This document shows positions 1 to 9,993 of a DNA stretch of 64,000 nucleotides, one piece after another. Numbering within the stretch: position 1 is the stretch's first letter; every line of letters begins with the position of its first letter. This DNA comes from an uncultured Pseudomonadota bacterium (GTDB taxonomy: Bacteria; Babelota; Babeliae; Babelales; RVW-14): assembly GCA_964527595.1 (NCBI GenBank), contig CAZGPI010000001.1, forward strand, positions 145,145-209,144, given 5' to 3'. The notes below the pieces were generated by a model. That model was given only the letters and a program-made list of their open reading frames with translations, was not told where the DNA came from and did not search any database. The translations under genes and the position numbers were made by a program.

Positions 1-495
1 ACCTTATTTTATACCAACATTCTTTTGCCCGATATTGTTTTGGCTATCGGCGTTTTGAGTATTTTTACCTTTGCACACATTCCCCTTGGTTATGGAAGTT
101 TGATTATTGGGCATACACTTATTGGGTTAGGTTTTGTTATACCAATCATAAGAGCTCGCTTTGTTGAACTTGACCCATTTTTAACCGAAGCTTCCTTAGA
201 TTTAGGTGCCAGCTATATTCAAACGTTTAAGCGAATACTTATTCCTTTGTTGATGCCATCGATTATTGCTTCTGGATTACTCGTTTTCACACTTTCACTC
301 GACGATTTTTTAATAGCATTCTTTTGCTCTGGACCAAAGGTTCAAACATTAGCGGTATATGTTTATTCGATGGTTAAAGCAGGCGTGGATCCAACAATTA
401 ACGCCATTTCAACGGTTTTGCTTGGTTTGAGTGGCATACTTGTCCTGATACTTTTATCACTAAATGTTGTTGATCAGGTAATATCGCAAGACTAG
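1..495 (+). CDS. potC: Polyamine (spermidine/putrescine) ABC transporter permease, C-terminal part; gene begins upstream of window
   Basis: Frame is open from base 1. 'SLDLGASYIQTFKRILIPLLMPSIIASGLLVFTLSLDDF' is the EAA-loop/TM region typical of PotC/PotB permeases. Two PotD-like genes follow directly. Confidence 0.8.
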   Translation, partial: TLFYTNILLPDIVLAIGVLSIFTFAHIPLGYGSLIIGHTLIGLGFVIPIIRARFVELDPFLTEASLDLGASYIQTFKRILIPLLMPSIIASGLLVFTLSLDDFLIAFFCSGPKVQTLAVYVYSMVKAGVDPTINAISTVLLGLSGILVLILLSLNVVDQVISQD

Positions 496-500
496 TAAAG

Positions 501-1622
501 GTGCTATACGTGATAATTGGACGGCGAATAGTAAATCAGTTTTTAGTATTGATATTCTTCTTATCAATCTTATCGTTTTTTCTCTACCTTCCAACGTTGG
601 TAAGGTTAGGGCTCAGCGCCGAGCGTACGCTTAATGTGTATACGTTTTCAGAATTTATTTCCCCTGAAACAATCCATGCATTTGAAAAAGAATATGACAT
701 TAAGATTAATCTTCAATTTTTTGAATCAAATGAAGAATTATACGCCAAATTTAAAATTAATAATGGCGCTGAATATGATGTAATAACCCCTTCTGACTAC
801 ATGGTTGAAGATTTAAGAAAAGATGGGTTGTTACAAAAAATTGATTATTCTCAAATGCCTAACACCGCCGAGTTAGACTCGCGTTTTCTTCATCATTTTT
901 TTGACCCAACCAACGAATATTCTGTTCCTTTAACATGGAGCGTATATGGCATTATCTACGATAAGTTTAATGTGATAAATCACCAGGGCGATATTGGGCT
1001 AGATTTTATTTTCAAAAACCCTGAAGATTTGGTACGGCTCGGCTTGGTTAAGCGGCCTTATAAAATCTGTATATTTGATGACCCGCGAGATGTGGTATTA
1101 GTTGCGGCATACTATTTGTTCGGCAAAGTACACGATTTAGATGAAAAGGAATATGCTGCAATCGAGAGCTTGTTGGTCGATCAAAAACAGTGGGTCGAAT
1201 GTTATACTAATTTTGGGTTGCGTTATTTTCTCACCGAAAATGTTATCTCTTTTGCTCTAACCTTGAGCCGATATGCTCATCGTATTTTAGATGTTAAAAA
1301 TGGGCGATTTGGTTTTAAAATTCCTCATAAAGGAAGCTTTTGGGTAATAGAAAATTTTGCAATTCCCATCCTAAGTAAGAAAACCATATGGGCTCAGCAG
1401 TTTATAAACTATATGATTTCCCATAAAAATTGCGTTACTCATTATGAAAAATATGGCGGCAATCCTGTCAACCGGAAAGCTTATCAAGAAGTTAAAAACG
1501 CCAGATCAGATGATGTTCAATATTTTCCCCTTGATGAAGAATTCAAGAAATTATTGTTGATGCATAATGAAATTCCTGTGGAAAAAACTGAGGATATTTG
1601 GCTTCGTGTAAAGACCTCGTGA
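501..1622 (+). CDS. potD: Polyamine-binding protein, PotD/PotF family, N-terminally membrane-anchored (paralog 1)
   Basis: Hydrophobic N-terminus followed by 'LNVYTFSEFISPETIHAFEKEYDIKINLQFFESNEELYAKFK...YDVITPSDYMVEDLRKDGLLQKID', which is a PotD-type signature. GTG start. Confidence 0.8.
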   Translation: MLYVIIGRRIVNQFLVLIFFLSILSFFLYLPTLVRLGLSAERTLNVYTFSEFISPETIHAFEKEYDIKINLQFFESNEELYAKFKINNGAEYDVITPSDYMVEDLRKDGLLQKIDYSQMPNTAELDSRFLHHFFDPTNEYSVPLTWSVYGIIYDKFNVINHQGDIGLDFIFKNPEDLVRLGLVKRPYKICIFDDPRDVVLVAAYYLFGKVHDLDEKEYAAIESLLVDQKQWVECYTNFGLRYFLTENVISFALTLSRYAHRILDVKNGRFGFKIPHKGSFWVIENFAIPILSKKTIWAQQFINYMISHKNCVTHYEKYGGNPVNRKAYQEVKNARSDDVQYFPLDEEFKKLLLMHNEIPVEKTEDIWLRVKTS

Positions 1623-1677
1623 GATAGATATGTTTTGTTAATAAATAGGCCTGAACCTATTGAGTGAAAGTATTATT

Positions 1678-2808
1678 ATGAATCAATGGTGGGAGCCAGC
1701 AACGCTTGCTCGGCGTATTTTAAATAGAATTTTTATATCACTACTGTTTCTATCGTGTTTGCTATTTTTTCTTTATTTGCCAACGGCCATCCGTTTTTTA
1801 ACTGAAGAAAAATCGATAAACGTGTATATGTTTACCGAATTTATCTCACCAACGACCATTCGCGATTTTGAAAAAGAAACCGGAATAAAGGTCCATGTTC
1901 AATATTATGAATCAAATGAAGAACTTTATGCGAAGTTTAAGATTAGCGAGGGAGCTGGATACGATGTAATAACACCCTCAGACTATATGGTTGAAACACT
2001 CAATAGAGACGGATTATTACAAAAAATTGATCATGATAATGTCACTCATTTTAGCGAACTAGACCCTCGTCTTTTGCATCGTTATTTTGATGTACAAAAC
2101 GAGTATTCTGTACCATTAACATGGAGCGTGTACGGAATTATTCATGATAAATTATTGCTAACAAATGATAAAAACGCGGTTGGATTTGATTTTATTTTCA
2201 AAAATCCTGAAGATATTTTGCGCCTTGGTCTTGTTAAAAAAACATATAAAATTTGCATGTTTGATGATCCAAGAGAGGTTTTTCTTCTTGCTGCGCTTTA
2301 TTTATTCGATAAGGTGAACGGGTTATCCGACCAAGAATTGGCCGCAATTGAAAGCATGCTTATCGACCAAAAACAATGGGTTGAATGTTATACAAATTTT
2401 GGGTTACGTTATTTCTTAGAAGGAAATATCATTTCGTTTGCAATGATGTCAAGCCGTTATGTTTCGCGCACCCTGGCTTCAAATAATAAGCGCTTTGGCT
2501 TTACCATCCCCAAAAAAGGAAGCCTTATGGTTATTGAAAACTTTGCAATACCAATGTTGAGCAAAAAATCTGCTTGGGCACATGAATTTATTAATTTTAT
2601 GATTTCTCGTAAAAATTGCTCCTTTCATTTTAATGAATATGGCGGCAATCCATCTAATAGAGGATCATATCTTGATGTTAATCAAAAAGATTTCAAGGGG
2701 ATGCAATTTTTTCCGAGTGACGAATTATTTAATAAACTATACCTTATACATAATGAACTTCCGGTTCGAAAAATTGAAGAAATATGGTTACGCGTTAAAA
2801 CAGCGTAG
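1678..2808 (+). CDS. potD: Polyamine-binding protein, PotD/PotF family (paralog 2)
   Basis: Collinear with the previous ORF ('INVYMFTEFISPTTIRDFEKETGIKVHVQYYESNEELYAKFK...YDVITPSDYMVETL'). ATG at 1678 is preferred over the TTG at 1660. Confidence 0.8.
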   Translation: MNQWWEPATLARRILNRIFISLLFLSCLLFFLYLPTAIRFLTEEKSINVYMFTEFISPTTIRDFEKETGIKVHVQYYESNEELYAKFKISEGAGYDVITPSDYMVETLNRDGLLQKIDHDNVTHFSELDPRLLHRYFDVQNEYSVPLTWSVYGIIHDKLLLTNDKNAVGFDFIFKNPEDILRLGLVKKTYKICMFDDPREVFLLAALYLFDKVNGLSDQELAAIESMLIDQKQWVECYTNFGLRYFLEGNIISFAMMSSRYVSRTLASNNKRFGFTIPKKGSLMVIENFAIPMLSKKSAWAHEFINFMISRKNCSFHFNEYGGNPSNRGSYLDVNQKDFKGMQFFPSDELFNKLYLIHNELPVRKIEEIWLRVKTA

Positions 2809-2856
2809 GGTTGAGTAGTTTATTGTTTGATCATTTTTGTAAATAAGGGTGTGGTC

Positions 2857-4062
2857 ATGGAAAAATTGCGACGTTCTTTTGAAGCTCTTTGTGCTAAGTA
2901 TCTGCACAGAGTTTCTGACTTTAAAGAGATTATTGAAAATTGGAAAACACGCGGACGAATATCCGATTATCAAAAAGGCCAGCGCTTACTTGATCGCGCA
3001 GAAGAATGCATAAACCAATTCAGAAATAATACGGCTATGGACCTTAAGGCCAAGACGACACTTTATTCGTCATTGGCGGCAAGCTATAAAGAATTAGGCG
3101 AAATTACCAAACCAATCTGGCGCCAATGGACTGAAGCTATTGTTGTCGCATTTGTGTTGGCAATTTTTTTCAGAAATTTCATCTTTGGTTTATACCATGT
3201 ACCAACCGGATCTGCTGAACCAAACATATTGGTTGGCGACCGCATCTGGGGAAACAAAATGGCTTACTTCTTTAGCAAACCTCATCGAGGGGATCTTGTT
3301 ATTTTTGATAATCCAGAATTTACTTATAACCAACCGTCTGGATTACGTTACTTGTGGCAACGCTATGTTGGACTTCCGGTACCACTACTTGGACTTGGAA
3401 CGGGCCCAGACAATTGGGTTAAGCGTGTAATCGCTGGACCAGGAGACACCATCGAAGGTCGGCTTGAAGATGACAAAACGGTAATCTACCTTAATGGTAA
3501 AAAACTATCAGAACCATATGTAAATGCATATCCATTAATTAGAGCAATAAAGGACACCGGATTTTTTGATGGTGAAAATTTTGGACCATTCCCCGTTCCT
3601 TCATTTTTGCGCTATACACAAAAAAATGTTCGCTATACGTTTGATCCATCATTACCCCTTGAGCAGCAACCCTATTATTATTTGACCGATAACGAAGTTA
3701 TGCGCAAGTGGAATACGGGGGCCTATGAGCTTGATTACGCATTTACACCAAGCTATAGCTTCGGTTATTCGGACCAACGATGCGTTGACGTTTTTGGACC
3801 ATTCACCTTGCCAGACGGTAAATATTGGATGATGGGCGATAGCCGAAAAAACAGTCGCGATAGCCGTTATTGGCTGTATCTTGATGAAAAATTAATTCAC
3901 GGCCGAGCAAGCTTTGTAATTTACTCGGTAGATAGTGAAGAAGTGAGCTGGATTTTTGATTTACTGAAGCACCCTATTGATTTTTGGCGCAAGCATGTAC
4001 GCTATAGCCGCTTTTTCAAGGGACTTGGAGCGTTTGCTGATATTTCGGAAAAAAGAGCGTGA
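2857..4062 (+). CDS. lepB: Signal peptidase I with ~100-aa N-terminal helical extension (paralog 1)
   Basis: Single TM, then the Ser box 'GSAEPNILVGD', 'RGDLVIF', the Lys box 'VKRVIAGPGDTIEG', and 'MMGDSRKNSRDSRYW'. Start at 'MEKLRRSFEAL' was chosen by alignment with paralog 2. Confidence 0.8.
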   Translation: MEKLRRSFEALCAKYLHRVSDFKEIIENWKTRGRISDYQKGQRLLDRAEECINQFRNNTAMDLKAKTTLYSSLAASYKELGEITKPIWRQWTEAIVVAFVLAIFFRNFIFGLYHVPTGSAEPNILVGDRIWGNKMAYFFSKPHRGDLVIFDNPEFTYNQPSGLRYLWQRYVGLPVPLLGLGTGPDNWVKRVIAGPGDTIEGRLEDDKTVIYLNGKKLSEPYVNAYPLIRAIKDTGFFDGENFGPFPVPSFLRYTQKNVRYTFDPSLPLEQQPYYYLTDNEVMRKWNTGAYELDYAFTPSYSFGYSDQRCVDVFGPFTLPDGKYWMMGDSRKNSRDSRYWLYLDEKLIHGRASFVIYSVDSEEVSWIFDLLKHPIDFWRKHVRYSRFFKGLGAFADISEKRA

Positions 4063-4063
4063 A

Positions 4064-5299
4064 ATGAAAAATTTACAACGATCTTTTGAACATGTGCATG
4101 CAAAACTTATGCACAAAAAAGAATATTTCAAAGCGTTTATCGATCAATTAAAACAAACGGGTAAGTTGTCAGAATATAATAAACTTAGCCAGCTTTTAAA
4201 CGAGGCTGACGAATTTGATCGTGATTTGCAAAGCAATCTTTTGATGGTAACCGCCGAAGGGTATACTGCTGAACCGATATTGCGCAATAAAATAAAGTCG
4301 TTTAAAGCGATTGTTCGGGAACTTAATTCGTCAACTAAACCATTATGGCGCCAGTGGATTGAGGCTGTTCTCACCGCTATGGTTTTGGCATTCGTTATAC
4401 GTAATGTTGTTTTTGGGTTATATCATGTACCTTCAGGTTCTGCTGAGCCAACAATTCTCGTTGGTGATCGCATATGGGCAAATAAGTTTGTATATTTCTT
4501 TAAAGCACCGCAACGAGGAGATCTCGTTGTTTTTGACAATGCTGAATATCCATATTCGAGCAATAAATTGGTTTATCTATGGCAAAGATACATAGGATTA
4601 CCGATTCCATTTTTGGGCATCAATGGTGGACCTGAAAATGTTATTAAGCGTTTAATTGCGGTGCCCGGCGATACTATTGAAGGAAGGACAGAAGATGGCA
4701 AGACCGAGCTTTATCTTAATGGCAAGAAACTTGAAGAGCCGTATATTAATCCATACCCATTGATTCACGTACGAAAAGTTGTTGGCATTATTGATGCTGA
4801 AAAAATTGGGCCATTTAGGGTGCCAAGTTTTTTGCGTTGGCAAGAATTTAAGCATATGCAGGCATGTAGCTATGATCCACAAAAATCACTCTCCGAACAA
4901 CCTTTTTACAAGCTCGCCGATGACGAGGTGGTACGCGATCCATTGACCGGTGAATTTGCACTCAGCTACCCTCGAATGCCAAGTTATGACCGAACGTCAT
5001 TTGGCTCATTGCGATGCGCCGACGAATTTGGACCGATTACTATACCGCCTGGTCGATATTGGATGATGGGCGATAGCCGAAAAAATAGTCGCGATAGTCG
5101 ATACTGGTTTTTTTTGGATGAAAAATTAATTCATGGCCGCGCCAGTTTTATTATTTTTTCATTGGATAGTTGCGAGCCTTTTTGGTTGTTTGAATTGATA
5201 AAACACCCCGTAGATTTTTGGACAAAAAAAATTCGTTGGAATAGATTTTTAAATGGTTTAGGCCTGTTTAATGGAAGGGCCGACTTGCAAAAAAAATAA
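4064..5299 (+). CDS. lepB: Signal peptidase I with N-terminal helical extension (paralog 2)
   Basis: 'GSAEPTILVGD', 'IKRLIAVPGDTIEG', 'MMGDSRKNSRDSRYW'. ATG at 4064 lies 2 nt after the paralog-1 stop and matches its N-terminus ('MKNLQRSFEH'). Confidence 0.8.
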   Translation: MKNLQRSFEHVHAKLMHKKEYFKAFIDQLKQTGKLSEYNKLSQLLNEADEFDRDLQSNLLMVTAEGYTAEPILRNKIKSFKAIVRELNSSTKPLWRQWIEAVLTAMVLAFVIRNVVFGLYHVPSGSAEPTILVGDRIWANKFVYFFKAPQRGDLVVFDNAEYPYSSNKLVYLWQRYIGLPIPFLGINGGPENVIKRLIAVPGDTIEGRTEDGKTELYLNGKKLEEPYINPYPLIHVRKVVGIIDAEKIGPFRVPSFLRWQEFKHMQACSYDPQKSLSEQPFYKLADDEVVRDPLTGEFALSYPRMPSYDRTSFGSLRCADEFGPITIPPGRYWMMGDSRKNSRDSRYWFFLDEKLIHGRASFIIFSLDSCEPFWLFELIKHPVDFWTKKIRWNRFLNGLGLFNGRADLQKK

Positions 5300-5455
5300 A
5301 GTTGCGGTACGTTAATATCTGGGTAGGTATGACTCCGCACATGCTCCCTACGAGCAAGACACACCCTTGAGGTGATTAGTCTAAAGATTAAATAAAATCT
5401 TTTGGAGCAACCTACCCTTCTTTATTTGTAACCAATTTTAAATTCAGGATATAAC

Positions 5456-7399
5456 ATGAACCGAAATAAATTTTACGTTACAACCCCAATATACTATGTA
5501 AATTCACGTCCACATTTAGGCACTTTGTACACAACCGTTATCGCCGACGTTGCCGCCCGCTGGAATAAGGTCATGGGGAAAAAGGTATTCATGCTAACCG
5601 GTACCGATGAACATGGCCAAAAAATACAAGAAAAAGCCCTTGAGCTTGGTAAGGATCCGCAAGTATTTGTTGATTCAATGGTTCCTGAATTTAAAAAAGT
5701 TTGGGATATGTATGGTATTGAATATGATAAATTTATCAGAACAACCGATACTGAACACGAAAATGCGGTTGTTGCCTGGATAAAGCAATTACAAGAACAG
5801 GGCGACATTTATAAATCAACCTATTCTGGTTGGTATTGCGTTCCGTGCGAAACCTTTGTAAATATTCCGAGTGAGAAAGAGGGAACGGCCAGCGAAAACA
5901 TGTGTCCTACTTGCAATCGCCCATTACGCAAAATGGAAGAAGAAAGCTACTTTTTCAGGCTCTCGGCATATGAACAACAATTAATAGAATTTTATGAAAA
6001 GCACCCCGATTTTATTGTTCCAAAAGAACGCATGAACGAAGTCATTTCGTTTGTTAAATCGGGCCTCAAGGATTTAAGTATTTCACGCAAAACCGTTTCG
6101 TGGGGTATCCCATTTCCGGGCGATGCTCAACATACCGTTTATGTTTGGGGCGATGCGCTCAACAATTACATTAGTGCTATTGGGTATGGCAAAAACACTA
6201 AACAAGCGCAAGATGAGCTTGAATTTTGGTGGCCTGCCGATATGCAAGTCATGGCCAAGGATATTGTACGTTTTCACGCCATTTACTGGCCAGCGTTTTT
6301 GATTGCTGCCGGTATGCAACCACCCCACCGCTTATTGGTTCACGGCTACATTTTGTGTGGTGATCAAAAAATGTCAAAATCATTAGGCAACGCTATTGAT
6401 CCCGTTGATTTGGCACGTGACTATGGTTCAGAAGCGGTCCGTTACTACTTATTACGTAATTTTCCTATAACGCATGATGGCCAATTTGATCTCAAAAATC
6501 TTGAAGAACATGTTGCGGCCGATTTATCAAACAACCTCGGAAATTTATTGAGTAGAATAGTTGTCTTGGCATTGAATAACAATTTGACCGAAGTTAAGCC
6601 TCCGGTAGATCTAGAAACGGCAACTATTGTTTTGCGCGAAAAATGTGCCGAAATGTATCGATTCTTTTGGGAAGAGATGAACAAGGCTTCGTATCACATT
6701 GCTCTTGCTGAAGCGTGGAAACACTTGTCTTTGGTAAATGCATATATCCAAGAATTCAAGCCCTGGGTACTATGTAAAACCGACCGAGAAATGTTTGATG
6801 AAGTCATTTATGCTGCCTGCCATAGTTTGAACACCGTTGCTATTTTATTATGGCCGGTAATGCCTAAAAAAATGGAACAGTTATTAGCAACCATTGGCCA
6901 GACCTTTAAGAAGAACTTTAATTATGATCCTGAGTTGCGTGAACATTCGTTTACCAAAACATATAAACTTACCAAGTTAGACGAACCGCTCTTTATTCGT
7001 CCTGAGCCCAAGGCAAAGCTTGAAGCGATTGTCCCGACCAAAGATGTCCAATCGGTTGCTGAAGATGTTTCAACGATTGGTATCGACGATTTTGCCAAAG
7101 TTCAATTATTGGTTGGAACAATAAATAGTTGTGAATCGGTTTCTGGTTCTGAAAAGCTTTATAAATTACAGGTCGATCTTGGCATTCATGGTATTCGCCA
7201 GATTTTGTCCGGCGTTGCACAATTTTTCAAACCAGAAGATTTGATTGGTAAACAAGGCGTTTATGTTGCTAATCTTGCTCCACGCAAAATGATGGGACAT
7301 GAATCGCGCGGCATGATGTTATTTGCTAAGGATGAAAAAGGCAATATGCGCATGGTTACCGTTGGTGGGCCGGTAGAAAATGGAACGAGGGTTTCGTAA
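5456..7399 (+). CDS. metG: Methionyl-tRNA synthetase with C-terminal tRNA-binding (Trbp111/EMAP-like) domain
   Basis: HIGH-type 'RPHLGTLYT', zinc knuckles 'CVPCETF...CPTCNRP', 'KMSKSLGN', and the C-terminal 'DFAKVQLLVGTINSCE...KLYKLQVDLG'. Confidence 0.95.
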   Translation: MNRNKFYVTTPIYYVNSRPHLGTLYTTVIADVAARWNKVMGKKVFMLTGTDEHGQKIQEKALELGKDPQVFVDSMVPEFKKVWDMYGIEYDKFIRTTDTEHENAVVAWIKQLQEQGDIYKSTYSGWYCVPCETFVNIPSEKEGTASENMCPTCNRPLRKMEEESYFFRLSAYEQQLIEFYEKHPDFIVPKERMNEVISFVKSGLKDLSISRKTVSWGIPFPGDAQHTVYVWGDALNNYISAIGYGKNTKQAQDELEFWWPADMQVMAKDIVRFHAIYWPAFLIAAGMQPPHRLLVHGYILCGDQKMSKSLGNAIDPVDLARDYGSEAVRYYLLRNFPITHDGQFDLKNLEEHVAADLSNNLGNLLSRIVVLALNNNLTEVKPPVDLETATIVLREKCAEMYRFFWEEMNKASYHIALAEAWKHLSLVNAYIQEFKPWVLCKTDREMFDEVIYAACHSLNTVAILLWPVMPKKMEQLLATIGQTFKKNFNYDPELREHSFTKTYKLTKLDEPLFIRPEPKAKLEAIVPTKDVQSVAEDVSTIGIDDFAKVQLLVGTINSCESVSGSEKLYKLQVDLGIHGIRQILSGVAQFFKPEDLIGKQGVYVANLAPRKMMGHESRGMMLFAKDEKGNMRMVTVGGPVENGTRVS

Positions 7400-7426
7400 C
7401 TAATATTGTAATAAACGAGGTTTATC

Positions 7427-8401
7427 ATGAGCGGTTTATTTTGGCCCATCCAATTGTTTGCCAATTGGATGGTTAGCGATATTTTGCACATTGATTCAAC
7501 GTCTAAAATAGCTGATATTCTTAACTTTTTTATCTTTGATACAATAAAAATTTTCATCTTACTTGCAAGCATTGTTTTTATCGTATCACTTATCAGATCA
7601 CTTATTCCAATTAATAGCATCAAGTCATTTTTGTTGGGTAAAAACAAATACCTTGGGCATGTCTATGCTGCTTTATTTGGTATCTTAGTCCCGTTTTGTT
7701 CCTGTAGCGCAGTCCCACTTTTCATGGGTTTTTTAGAAGCAGGTATTCCATTAGGAATAACCATCTCATTTTTAGTTGCTTCGCCAATGATCAACGAAGT
7801 TGCGCTAACCATGCTGCTTGGATCATTCGGATGGTTTGTAGCAATCCTATACTTAATAAGTGGTCTTTTGATTGCCATTTTTTCGGGGATTTTTATTGGA
7901 AAACTGAAAGCAGAAAAATTGCTTGAACCACTTTCTGAAAAAACGTGCAAAAACTGCTGTTCTAAAAAAACCTCAGCTCCAGGCCTGCGAGCGAGAGTTG
8001 TTTATTCTTTGTATTACACAAAGCAAATTCTTGGAGGCATGTGGTTATACGTTTTAATTGGGGTTGGCCTTGGGGCATTTGTACATGGCTATATTCCTAC
8101 CGATTTTTTGGCATTATATGCAGGTGCTGATAAATGGTATGCGGTCCCATTTGTCACCTTAATCGGAATCCCTCTTTATTCTAACGCCGCTGGCGTAATT
8201 CCTTTAATCAGTGCTTTAACACAAAAAGGTATGGCAATGGGGACGGCCCTAGCGCTTATGATGGCAGTCTCCGCTTTATCATTTCCTGAATTCATAATTC
8301 TAAGACGCGTTATGAAACCCAAGCTGATTGTTATGTTCGCTACAATTGTTGGCGTTGGAATTATGTGTATCGGCTATTTGTTCAACTTAATTATCGGGTA
8401 A
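7427..8401 (+). CDS. Predicted permease (COG0701/UPF0718-like multi-TM protein)
   Basis: About 8 hydrophobic segments and the characteristic 'VPFCSCSAVPLFMGFLEAGIPLG' motif. Confidence 0.65.
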   Translation: MSGLFWPIQLFANWMVSDILHIDSTSKIADILNFFIFDTIKIFILLASIVFIVSLIRSLIPINSIKSFLLGKNKYLGHVYAALFGILVPFCSCSAVPLFMGFLEAGIPLGITISFLVASPMINEVALTMLLGSFGWFVAILYLISGLLIAIFSGIFIGKLKAEKLLEPLSEKTCKNCCSKKTSAPGLRARVVYSLYYTKQILGGMWLYVLIGVGLGAFVHGYIPTDFLALYAGADKWYAVPFVTLIGIPLYSNAAGVIPLISALTQKGMAMGTALALMMAVSALSFPEFIILRRVMKPKLIVMFATIVGVGIMCIGYLFNLIIG

Positions 8402-8411
8402 CAAATTCTAG

Positions 8412-9212
8412 CTACATTTTTACGTTAATCATGTTGCCAGACTCATAACGTTTGAGTCCTTGCTTGAAAACGAATAAAGCTATAATAGTTGAAATAATAC
8501 AAGCGCCAAAAATAACGGCCAAACTCGTCCAATTAAATTCGCGTATTAATTTGACCGGAACAGCACCAATAAGCAAAACCGGTATAAAGGTCATCATAAT
8601 AACTTTTAGCGCGCCATGAATACCGCCTTGTGGCGTATAGGTACCAAAAAGAAGAATGATAAACAGTTGGTCGGCCGCATCTTCAAAATTACTGACAAAA
8701 AAGCCTATCGATTGGGTAATGACAATAAAGTTGAACATGATAATGGCAGTAAGTAATGCCATAAGTATAAAACTACATAATTGTAAGCTCGTCATTGGGC
8801 CGGCAAAAAAGTAGATTATTATACCAAAGGCAAGATCGCCAAAACTCGCGATATTAAGTTTGCTCAGCGATATTTGCCACAAAAGATTTTGTGGTAGCGT
8901 GAGAAAATAATCTACATTGCCCGAGGCAACATTTTTCGCCAACGATAACGTTCCGGATGCAAAGAGCGTATAGAGCCCCGTATTGATTGATGATAATGAC
9001 ATAAGCAACATCGTATCTTGGAACGTCCAACCATTAACCGATGGAAACCGCTTGAAAAAAATTCCCCACATAATAGCCCACGATGCATTACTAATTATCA
9101 TTGCAATAATTTGTACGAAAAAACTTGTGCGATATTCCATTGCCGACTTAATGTTGATATTAAGCATGGTGAGAGTGAGCCGAAGGTATTTAACCACCGT
9201 TGAGTGATACAT
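8412..9212 (-). CDS. ABC-2 family transporter permease
   Basis: Polytopic membrane protein overlapping a paralogous permease, downstream of an ABC ATPase in the same operon. Confidence 0.6.
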   Translation of the reverse strand: MYHSTVVKYLRLTLTMLNINIKSAMEYRTSFFVQIIAMIISNASWAIMWGIFFKRFPSVNGWTFQDTMLLMSLSSINTGLYTLFASGTLSLAKNVASGNVDYFLTLPQNLLWQISLSKLNIASFGDLAFGIIIYFFAGPMTSLQLCSFILMALLTAIIMFNFIVITQSIGFFVSNFEDAADQLFIILLFGTYTPQGGIHGALKVIMMTFIPVLLIGAVPVKLIREFNWTSLAVIFGACIISTIIALFVFKQGLKRYESGNMINVKM

Positions 9213-9993
9213 TTTTTATTCCTCGTCTAAAAAGAACAGCTGTTAAAAGCCCGGCAACTAAAATCCATCCACATTGGATGCTCAAGTATTTTAGCGATGT
9301 TGCCACGTCAAAATGGACGATGCTATGCGCAGCCCCATAATACAGATTGCTAAAGGGTAGATATTGGACGATGCGTGCAATATTATCTGGAAAAATTGAG
9401 ATAGGCACAATAAGACCGCCAAAGATGTATTGTAGTTGCTGATAAATGCGGTCGGCCGCCGTAGTATCCTCTATCCAAAAGGCCGAAAGTCCGATAATGA
9501 AGTTGATAAAAAAGTCGAGCGTATATCCAAGAAGCAGCAAAATTGATCCGGCAAATATCCCTTGCATGGTGATTGGAATTGCACCAAGGAGTGCAAGAAC
9601 CACACCAATGCCGATGGTAACGTTAAGAATCATTCCTGGCAGCACGCGGCCCAAAAAACTAAAATAGTGAAACAGTATAAATGAATATGGCTTATTGAGT
9701 GAATGGGCAAGCGATCCATCTTTAACTGCTAAGTCGATCGATTCAGAAACACGTGGACGGGTTGCCGACCTAAAACATTGCACAAACATAACACTCCACA
9801 TCGTCATGGCGATTGTTAATCCACCGATTGACGAAGTCCCTTGCGAGGCATAACTAGCCGTATACATCTGCGTAAACATCCAAATACGAAACACAAGCGA
9901 GCCGCTACGAGCAATAAGATTAGCCGGATGAACGGTCCGCGATTGTGAATTGATTTTGGCAATAGAAAGGTATTTTACAATTTTGCGCATCAT
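9190..9993 (-). CDS. ABC-2 family transporter permease
   Basis: Polytopic. Its start overlaps the stop of the ATPase gene (9990-9993), and its end overlaps the next permease. Confidence 0.6.
   Translation of the reverse strand: MMRKIVKYLSIAKINSQSRTVHPANLIARSGSLVFRIWMFTQMYTASYASQGTSSIGGLTIAMTMWSVMFVQCFRSATRPRVSESIDLAVKDGSLAHSLNKPYSFILFHYFSFLGRVLPGMILNVTIGIGVVLALLGAIPITMQGIFAGSILLLLGYTLDFFINFIIGLSAFWIEDTTAADRIYQQLQYIFGGLIVPISIFPDNIARIVQYLPFSNLYYGAAHSIVHFDVATSLKYLSIQCGWILVAGLLTAVLFRRGIKNVSLNGG

Noticed and set aside
2633-2973. Small ORFs 2633-2818 (+) and 2788-2973 (-) at the potD2/lepB boundary
   Set aside because: They overlap well-supported genes in other frames or strands, and they have no motifs or RBS.
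3977-4063. Upstream extension of the second lepB ORF overlapping the first lepB
   Set aside because: The ATG at 4064 lies just after the paralog-1 stop and aligns residue-for-residue with the paralog-1 N-terminus. The extension is read-through in another frame of lepB-1.
5300-5455. T-box riboswitch upstream of metG
   Set aside because: The spacer is too short (~156 nt). The conserved T-box sequence (AAnnnGGGTGGTACCGCG) and the specifier-loop features are absent on the coding strand. Only generic alternative helices were kept, as a low-interest finding.
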